Source: the human T2T-CHM13v2.0 reference genome, Homo sapiens
Assembly (NCBI RefSeq): GCF_009914755.1
Contig: NC_060934.1
Reading direction: 5' to 3' (one strand)
Length of the DNA stretch: 64,000 bases
The position numbers and the translations under genes are program-made. Positions 54,698-64,000 of the stretch are shown one piece after another. The notes beneath the pieces were generated by a model. It searched no databases. It was not told the DNA's origin and saw only the letters and a program-made list of their open reading frames with translations. Position 1 is the stretch's first letter; the number at the start of each line of letters is the position of its first letter.

Positions 54698-56625
54698 ATC
54701 TAAAACATCAGAGCATTTTTAAAAGTCATCCCTCTGATTAAAACAAAACAAAACAATGTTCAGAGAGAGAAAGGGACTTCATCCAAGTTGCACAGAAAAC
54801 CCAAATTTCCTATTCCTGCCCAAGGCTTTCTAAACCCAATTTCGAGTAGTTTTGTATCCTAGAGAGCAAAGGAAAGAAGAAAGGTTATTCTTGAATGAGA
54901 ATTCCATGGGAGCAGTGAGTAAAGCTTGGAAAAGGGCTTTTACATGTGTTGGTCATGATTTACCAAGGTGAGAAGGCTCTAAAAAAGGAAAGTTCTCTCC
55001 TCAGGAAAACAGCTGTGCCCTGGATGAAAAAGATGTGGTTACTCCGTGCAGGCTGTACTTTGTTTACATGAACAAGAGCCAGTTATTCATCACAGAAATA
55101 TTCTAAATTAAACCCTTGAAGCCCTATTATATAAACAAGCTAAAGGTATCACAGAGTTTTGAGTTGGACCATTGTTTTTCTTTAATGTTTCAGCCAAAAT
55201 TTGTCAAAAGAAACTGCTGATGTACAATTTCAGACTCTTCCAGAGCATTTCATTTGGGGAATAGTTTGCATTTGGCTCTTTAATCAAATCCTCTCTTCCC
55301 TTTCTGGCCAGTCTCAAAAGGACGCCTCGGATCCTCACCTCCCTGCCCTGCCTATGCTCCTTGCTATAATTTCTCCAACACTGTGGCCTCCAACTTCAAA
55401 CACCCTTAAATTTCTTTAGCTACTCTTTCTCTGGTGTAACCACATTCTCTAATGCAACACCCACACACACTCATACTCACTCTGAACTGTTATCCCCTTG
55501 ACCTTGAAGCCAGGCTTTAACAAGGCCCCAAGGTGTGGTCAGCATTTCAGCCCCTCCCTGTCCCAATCTCACAGTACCCCTGTCTACCCACAACAACATT
55601 TCCCAGGTAGTGACTGCATAGCCAATATTCCATGTTGGATATGCAATATGGAATATCCAATATTCCATTGAAAGCAGTAGTGAGTATCGGCTCTCTCTCT
55701 CTGCCTGGGTCTTGCTAAGCAATGCAGTGGGGAAGATAAACATGCAAATTCCAATTTCCCCATTTCTAATTTACATGTATTCCTTGAAATAATAAAAGAA
55801 GAATGCATGTTGCAATTCTGTTTGCATTAATGTAGCTGTGTCCCTCAAATAGGGTGCTACTAAAAGGAAATGTTTCTTAGAATCAGTGACATTTTAGAAT
55901 CAACCATTACTCAATCAGCTCCTGTCCTTCCAACCACGGTTATTTTCCATTCCCTCACAGGGGCTTATTTGCAGTGTGTTAAGTTTCTTTTGACAATACA
56001 CACTTTCTAAGTGTTTTTAAGGGCCTTCAATGCTAAAATTGTGTCTGTCTCAAATCTCAAACCAGATTCCTACAGTATAAGCATCATGTCTGAGAGTTCA
56101 GCCTCCCCAGAACAATCCTAGCTCTGAATCCCAGTGTGGTTCGGGAGTTGCTCACTTCAAAGTGAAGTTGAATTAGAAAAACCTAGGAATAAACAAGCCT
56201 CTCTTTTGTTTTCTGTTGTTCTGAATATAATTTGGCATAAAGTAAAGCAAAAATTCAATGACCTCTAAATTCGGCAACAAGGATTAATAGGTTTTATGAT
56301 GGGCAATTTTCTATTGAAATAAACTAGGAAGATAGAATTACAGTTAAGGAAATAACACAAAATGCTATCAATAATAAAGCAGTCAAAGAAAAATAAGTCT
56401 ACAACCCAAACAAGGGAAATTGCTTTTATTAATAATAAAGTCAGCCAAATGATGACAAAGGATATCTCACTGAACTCAGACTCATAATAAAACTACATGG
56501 TATATCTCATCATCCCTTAGATGAAGAAACAGACTCAGGGAGGTTAAATAACTTGGCCAAAGTCACACAGCCAGAAAATCCAGATCTGAATTCAAATCAC
56601 TCTAACTCCTTCCACCATCACCTCA

Positions 56626-57021
<396 letters not shown>

Positions 57022-58060
57022 AGAAAATAGAGCCTTAGCAGAGAAGGTATATCTAAGAGACGACTGTTTGCCTAGATTCGTATATACATACAGGAGAATT
57101 ATGGTCCATTTTGACCCTGGTTATTAGTACAAGTTGTCAGTGATCAAATCATATCCTCTGAGAACAAACAGTAAAAGAAAATGGTAAAAAGACTCAAGAA
57201 ATACATTACAAGAGGTAATGTAAGAACTGAGACCACTGTTATTAGGATTCCTGGTGTGTAACACTGAGTTGTTCAAACACTTGACAAGTTTATGAGCAAA
57301 TCCAGCATGGTGATGATTTTGTTAGTATAATATTTGTTAAGCATGGGTGGCCAAACTGCAAACCATAACAATGTTATAATTGGGTTTAAAATGACTTTTG
57401 GTATTCAAAAGGCTATATGACTTCTGATAAAGTTAGCTAATAAGAAAACAAATCCACCACTCAAATGCATTTTGTGAGCCCCATGTGTAAACTTTCCTTG
57501 TACTTCTTAATGGAGCAACTGGGAAATGAAAGATGGTGCGAAGGAGGCTGAAGGAACATCCACAGACCAGTACTGCTGGTGTCATTCATCTGAGTCATCT
57601 GCAAATGGATCAACTTTCCCCGCACCCTGCAGAGCAGTTCTGCTCATCAGAATGAGTTCATGGGGAGTTAGAACTGCTAAAGGAAGGTAAAGGTTGGCTG
57701 GCAAATAATGTTTTAATCAAAGCCTTTTCCTCTGGATTTTAGGCTTCAAACAAGTGATCTGTTGGCTTAGTATGGACCTGGACAAAGAAACCCAGATAGT
57801 TCTTGGTACACTGTAATAGTATATCCTATCCATCATCTCTTTCATTCATTTAACTAAAGGTGCTGACGTGGTCAGGGCAAGAGGCAAAGGAAGCCAGTGG
57901 AAACTCAGAAGGCTAAGTAAACATCCCATCTTAAGGGCTCCTCTTTTGGATTTCTGCCTTGGCCCCTCCAATCCTGTTTTAACTGGTGTCCTTCACCAAG
58001 GACATATATGACATTGCCACCTTACCAGAGCTAAGGACAAACATTTTCCCACAAAGAGAG

Positions 58061-58586
58061 TGTGATGGTTAATTTTATGCATCAACTTCACTGGGTCACA
58101 GGGTGCCCAGGCATTTGGTCGAACATTCTTCTGGATGTGCTGGTGAGGATGTTTCTAGGTGACAGGAATATTTGAATCAGTAGACTGAGGAAAGCAGATG
58201 GCCCCTCTATGTGACTGGCCCTCATCCAATCAACTGAAGACTTGAATAGGACCAAAAGACTAAGAGGGAATTCCTCCTGCCTGTCGGTCTGAGCTGAGAC
58301 ATCAGTCTTGTTCTGCCTTTGGACTAAAAAGTTGGCTCTTCTTGGGTCTCAAACCTGCAGGCTTTCAGACTGGAACTCTGATTGGATCTTCTGGTACTCA
58401 GACCTTCAGACTCAAACTAGAACTACACCATTGACTCTCTTAGGTTTCTAGCTTGCCAGCCACAGATCCTAGGACTTCTCAGCCTCTATAATTGTGTGAG
58501 TCATTTCCTTATAAGAAATCTCTTCCCAAATAGATAGATACCTCGATATCTCAATATCTAGATAGATAGATAGATAGATAGATAGT

Positions 58587-58646
<60 letters not shown>

Positions 58647-58708
58647 CGGACAGACAGATAGACAGACCGACCTACTGGTTCTGTTTCTCTGGAGAACCTG
58701 ACTAGTAC
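58061..58708 (+). mobile_element. MLT2 (ERVL) LTR containing a GATA repeat
   Basis: tgtgatggttaattttatg start and ggttctgtttctctggagaacctgactagtaca end. Confidence 0.87.
58559..58646. repeat. (GATA)n tetranucleotide STR, ~21 units with one GTTA interruption
   Basis: Direct reading. Confidence 0.97.
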
Positions 58709-58993
58709 AGAGAGCTTCTGCAAACCAAGGAGATAATCTGTTCAATTTGAAATACATTTTTTAAATGGCAAGAAAAATGTTACACAGTTGGAAATTAAAC
58801 CATTTACCACTATTATTCTGAAACCTAAAACTTCCTAGGTACTTTTATCTCCCAAATTTATTCCAATGAACATAGTTCAAAACCCCACAGATCAGGACAA
58901 TATCTTGGGGTTGAGGGTCAGAAGTTCTCAGAACTTTCCACATGCATTTTCTTTTTCAAGCAAAATTCCTGCATCATTACAATGATTTCCTCC

Positions 58994-59340
58994 TGCATTA
59001 GTCTGTTTTCATGCTGCTGATAAAGATATACCTGAGACTAGGCAATTTACAAAGGAAAGAGGTTTAATGGAGAACTCGCAGTTCCACATGGCTGGGGAAG
59101 CCTCACAATCATGGTGGAAGGTGAAAAGTATGTCTCACATATCGGCAGACAAGAGAAGAGAACTTAGCAGGAAAACTCCCCCCTTATAATTAAACCATCA
59201 AATCTCGTGAGACTTACTATCACAGGAACAGCATGGGGAAAGACCTGCCCTCATGATTCAATTACCTCCCACCAGGTCCCTCCCACAACACGTGGGAATT
59301 CAAGAAGAGATTTGAGTGGGGACACAGCCAAACCATATCA
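58994..59340 (-). mobile_element. THE1 (MaLR) solo LTR
   Basis: Reverse complement of THE1 ending gacacagccaaaccatatca. Confidence 0.92.
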
Positions 59341-60319
59341 CCCCCACTTACATATATTCTCTTCTGGTGGAATCACAGGACCAAGGGTCAGAAAATCAAC
59401 ATGAGCAGAAAAAGGTGGGCAAGTTTCTGTCTGGGAAGGTGTGGAATTCAGTAGCATTCCTGTAATGCCTTAACCTATCCCAGTCCAGAAATATCAATGA
59501 GACTGTCTGGAGATTGTTCCCAAACTCCGGGCACCTGACTTTTAACACAGACTCATACCCTGAAGGTACCCTGTAAAACGTTAAACCGAAAGCCGGGGGA
59601 CAGTACTCACTCAAGATCAGTACTCCCATCAGACACAGGAAACCTGAACAGAGAGGCTAGGACACCTCTGGTGCTGGGTTTGCAAAGTGATGGAAACATC
59701 TTGGCTTCCCTTTGGCAGCTACGAGGTCACATCCTATAGTGGAGCCCTGTCCCAAGCCAGCTACATCGTTGTGCTTCCCACGGCTTCATTTCCTTGGGAA
59801 CTCACTTCTGCACCAAATATGTATGGAGCACCTAACATGTGTTAGACCCTTAGATTTTGTCACTAAATAAAATGGGTATGGCCCTCTTGGAGTGTACATC
59901 CACATGTCTCAGTATAGGTTATCCTGCTATAACCTAGAATTAGGTTATATTAGCTTTTCTGCACCTCTTGGATGAGGCTCCATGCAAAATTTCTGGTATT
60001 CTTCTGCGATTCTCTATGCAAAAATGGATGGTAGGATATTTTACTATCTTACCACGACAGCTATTCAATTTTTTCTTTCTTATGATAAAGGGTGGACCCT
60101 GTATAGTGGAGAGAGCTGGATTGGAATTTAGGAGTTGCACTAACAAGTGCTGTGAACTTCAGCAAGTTTTATCGCTTCTTTGAGCCTTGGTTTCCATGCC
60201 CATAGAAGTGAGGGAGAAATCAGATCTATGTCTCAAGGTTGGTATGGGAATTAAATGCAATGACACATGAAAATTGCCAGACACAAAGCACTATTCAATA
60301 CATGTTATTACTACCCACT

Positions 60320-60781
60320 GCAGTGGGTTGATTTGTGCCCTCCCCAAAAAAGATATGTCTAAGTCCTAACCCCTAACGCCTGTGAATGTGATCTTATTTA
60401 AAGTTGGATCTTTGCAGATGTAATTAGATTAAGGATCTTGAGATAAGGTTATCCTGGGTTTAGGGAGGGCTCTGCACCCAGCGACTGGGGTCCTTGTAAG
60501 AGGAAGAAGAGGGAGATCCAAGACACAGAGAATAAGGTCTTGTGAAGACAAAGGCAGAGACGGGAGTGATGCCACCCTGGCCAAGGAACACAGGGCACTC
60601 CCAAAAGCTAGAAGAGGCAAGGAAGGATAGTTCCCTAGAATCAGCAGAGGGAGCGCGGACCTGCTGACACCTTGATTTTGGACTCTGCCCTCCGGAACCA
60701 TAAGAGAATAAATTCCACCTGTTTTAAACCAACATAAGCTGTCGTGGTCATTTGTTATGGTAGCCCCGGAAAATCAATACA
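60320..60781 (+). mobile_element. MLT1C-like MaLR LTR
   Basis: ctttgcagatgtaatt, ctgctgacaccttgatttt and tttgttatggtagcc motifs. Confidence 0.82.
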
Positions 60782-61904
60782 CCCCCATCAACTCACGGAG
60801 CTAGAGTAGAATAGGGGTCCGTAGCTTTAGGAAGAAAACAAAGAGCCCCTGTAAGGAACAGACTTACAAAAGATTAACCTCATTAGAAAAAAATCTGATT
60901 TTCCACTGGATTATAAGAATTTGATTATATTTCAAATCAGTCAGACAAAAACTTCTGATTTGAAAACATTCACTCTGCTGAAACAAGGCCCTCCATCTGT
61001 GCCATAGATAATTATGAATAACACTCACGAAAAGCTGACGCACAGTGGGCCGGGGAATTCCCTGGTGGCAGCCCGACAGGTGGGGAGGGACAGCTGCATG
61101 GAGCCCACCAGAGAGGACTGTGCCCAGGCTGCTCTCCGCTGGGGTCGGCCCCTCACTTGGTGACAGTGGGATCCGAGCCTCTCAGCACTGGGCGTCGTCA
61201 TCTTGCAGGAGCAGGTTCTGAACACATAAGCAGCAAACTGGGGAAACGGGTTCCTGGGAATCAAGGAGAGGCAACTCTTGAAATGTATGCTGGACTTAGA
61301 AATTCCAAGTTGCATCTCTTGGATGGTCCTTGAGCCCACCGGCTTCTTTACCGTAACATGTAGCCTGCAGAATTCACCACACACGCTCTGAGGCAGCGTT
61401 TCACTGGCCCAGAATCAGGCCAGCGGTCCACTGTGCCATTCTTGAGAGCTAGTCCGCTGGGCCCTCACCAGCCCCAAGCAGGAAGAATGAGGCTGAGCCC
61501 TTGCTCTCTGATCCTGGCTCCTGGTCCTTCATGCCCTGTCGCGGCTCCAACCAACATTTACCAAATGCAGAGGCACTGGGCTGGGCACTTGTGTAATTTA
61601 ATTAAATTTCATTTAATCTTCCACAAGCTTGTGAGATGAGATGAGATTTTATTAGCCAATTGTAAAGCTGAGAATGCTGAGTTAAGTAACTTTCCTAACG
61701 TTATAGATGAAACAGGTGGCAGAGTTAAAGTCAAAGCCTAGATCTTTGGCCTGGCATTCACTGCTCACCCACCACCTCTGGGAGGCCTTCCTTGATCAGT
61801 CCATTTGGCTTCTGTCCTCCAACATTCAGCCGGTTCTGTTCATATCATGAAAGAACAGTGCTGTTGTGTGATGGCCTGCTATGCCCATTCTACTCACATT
61901 GTTT

Positions 61905-62050
61905 TATTTAATCCTCACCACAACCCTATGTGAAATATAGCATTATCCCCATTTTACAGATGGGAAAACTGAGGTCTCTGACAGAGAAAGTGCCTTGCCC
62001 AAAGACACATAGCTAATGTGCAGAACAGGATTTGAGCCAGGATCCTAAAG
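61905..62050 (-). mobile_element. MIR core
   Basis: attatccccattttacagatgggaaaactgagg...cttgcccaaagacacatagcta. Confidence 0.8.
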
Positions 62051-62339
62051 CCCATTCCTTTTCCCCAAACAGAACCCTGTCTGTGCTGCTGACTCAATAG
62101 CAAGGCATCTTTGAGCAGCAATTGTTGCTGTGGGGCTAGTTAAAGGTTAATGTCACTAATATTTCATTCTTTGAGTCCCTCTTTGCTTGCTGACATTCTC
62201 CTGTGCAGGCTGCAGCTTTGTTAAAACTCAGTCACAGCTGTGACAACTGCAGAGGGTCTGCCCCTGGGCTCCTGCTGCTGTCCAGGTCAGGGAAGGGGCC
62301 TGGCAGTCACCCCTCATGTGGGCCAAGATCCTGGGGGCC

Positions 62340-62792
62340 TGTATCCATGGCCCAGGACTGACGCAACAATGTGCCACAGATTAAATGGCTTAAAACAACA
62401 GATGTTTATTCTCTCGCGCTTCTGGAGGCTGGAAGTCCAAAAATCACAGGTTGACAGGGTCCCACTCCCTCTGGAGTCTCTGGGGAAGAACCTTACTTGG
62501 CTCTGCCTGGTCCCTGGAGTTTGCTGGTCATCCTCAACATTCCCTGGCTTGTGGCTGCATCCCTCCCATCTCTGCCTCTGTTGTCACATGGCATGACATG
62601 TGTCTCCCTGTATGTCTCTGTGTCCAAACTCTCTTCTTCTTATAAGGACACCAGTCACGGGATAAGTGCCCGCCCTAATCCAGTATGACCTTATCTTCAC
62701 TTGATTACATTTGCTAAGACCCTTTTCCAATCACATTCCAGGGCTTAGGACCTGAATATGTCTTTGAGGGGAATACAGTTCAACCCACAACA
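62340..62792 (-). mobile_element. MLT1B/C-like MaLR LTR
   Basis: ggcttaaaacaacaga.gtttattctctc...cttataaggacaccagtca...ttcaacccacaaca. Confidence 0.82.
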
Positions 62793-63789
62793 GGACACAG
62801 GGAAGCCCAAATTAATAAACCCCCTTCTTTGAGCCCTCTCACCTGTGGCCCCTGCACTGAGCAAGATCCTTCCTCCTCCACTACCGGGGGCTGAGCTGAT
62901 TTACCAGGCTGGCTACAGAGGGCCAGGAATGGGAGGGGGAGCCTTCTGAGTCCTCATGCTCCTTCTCGGGTCATGAATTTTGTTTTGTTTTAACATCCAT
63001 GTTCCAGACCAAACCTTTCTTGGGGGCCTTCAAGTACCTGGAGGCCTCCCAGTTGAGTCAAATAACATGACAGGATGAAGAGCCAGAGTCCGGGGGCATA
63101 AATGTGCTAAGTCATTGGTTCAAGACAGGTGGTAAGTCATATGCAGCCAAGGGCTGGCACCCCTGTGCACCGTGCTTCCAGACTTTCCCCAGCTCTGTGT
63201 ACCCTAACGTTCCTTAGCAGTCAAGGTCTGTTTAAGGCCTGCCTCTCCTCTCCTACTTCCCCTGGCCCAGAAGTGTCTAGGTATGGACATTGTTCTCTTC
63301 TGGTATGGACATTGTTCTCTTCCATTCCCAACCCAACACATAATGAAGGAACCCCCAGGCATACGCTCGTGGCTCCTCCAGGGAGTCTAGTTGGTACTGT
63401 TATTCTTGGTGATCCCTGGGCACCAACCTGAGAGGAAATATAAATGAGGCACCAAACTCCCAGTCATTAGGCGGCCATTCAGATGATCCAGAATATGTTT
63501 CAAATAATTTTTTTAAATTTTACTAGAATGAAAATATAAAATTTTAAATCCTCATAGAGAATTCCTAGAAACAAATAATATCTAGGATCAGGTTGAGAAA
63601 GATAATCTTTATCCTGTATAGAAAACTACCTACAGTAGCCCCAATGAACTGGTCCCCTTCCTCAGTGATACTCCCCATGAGGCTCATGGCCCCTACAAAT
63701 GCCTTTCTAGCCCAATTTCTTCCAAATCCAGTTACCATGATGGATCTAAGGGGAAGCCTTTCTTTGACCGCCCTTACTTTTCTTTTTTC

Positions 63790-64000
63790 TTTCTCTCTCT
63801 CTCTTTTTTTTTTTTTTTCTTCTGAGACAGGGTCCTACTCTTCTGCCCAGACTGGAATGCAGTGGCATGATCATGGCTTACTGCAGCCTTGAACTCCTGG
63901 GCTCAAGTGATCTTCCTGCCTCAGTCTTTCAAGTAAGCTAGGACTACATACAGCATGGGCCACCATGCCCAGATAATTTTTAATTTTTTTTTGTATAGAG
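63790..64000 (-). mobile_element. Alu (AluJ-like), cut by the window edge
   Basis: T-rich tail then reverse Alu right arm. Confidence 0.9.

Noticed and set aside
61029-61217. Exon-like segment in intron 1 (ttcag acceptor; gtgagg and gtgagt donors)
   Set aside because: The 61-nt form breaks frame, the 189-nt form has an early TGA, and its ATG frame is phase-incompatible with exon 2; no further support.

Overview
Human (primate) genomic DNA, Alu/L1/L2/MIR/LTR-rich, not prokaryotic. The window lies inside the minus-strand gene AFAP1L2 (XB130, an AFAP-family adaptor). Eleven constitutive coding exons (canonical exons 2-12) were reconstructed with GT-AG boundaries and consistent phases; they encode the N-terminal YxxM/proline-rich region, PH1 and PH2. 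Exon 1 lies beyond the right edge and exons 13 onward beyond the left edge; 38894-64000 is intron 1. Most other ORFs in the track are repeat-derived or chance. Main unusual features: (i) a ~1.5 kb 18-bp minisatellite abutting the exon-11 acceptor and built from copies of that acceptor motif, giving about two dozen mostly in-frame decoy 3' splice sites; (ii) an 84-nt frame-preserving cassette exon (17730-17813) encoding an ITIM-like VIYATI motif, with a long CU-rich tract upstream and four TGCATG (RBFOX) sites downstream; (iii) a 123-bp, 96%-identical non-Alu inverted repeat in intron 4; (iv) a young AluYd8-like insertion; (v) several fold-back/templated-insertion scars. Repeat subfamily names are from recalled consensus features and repeat ends are approximate.
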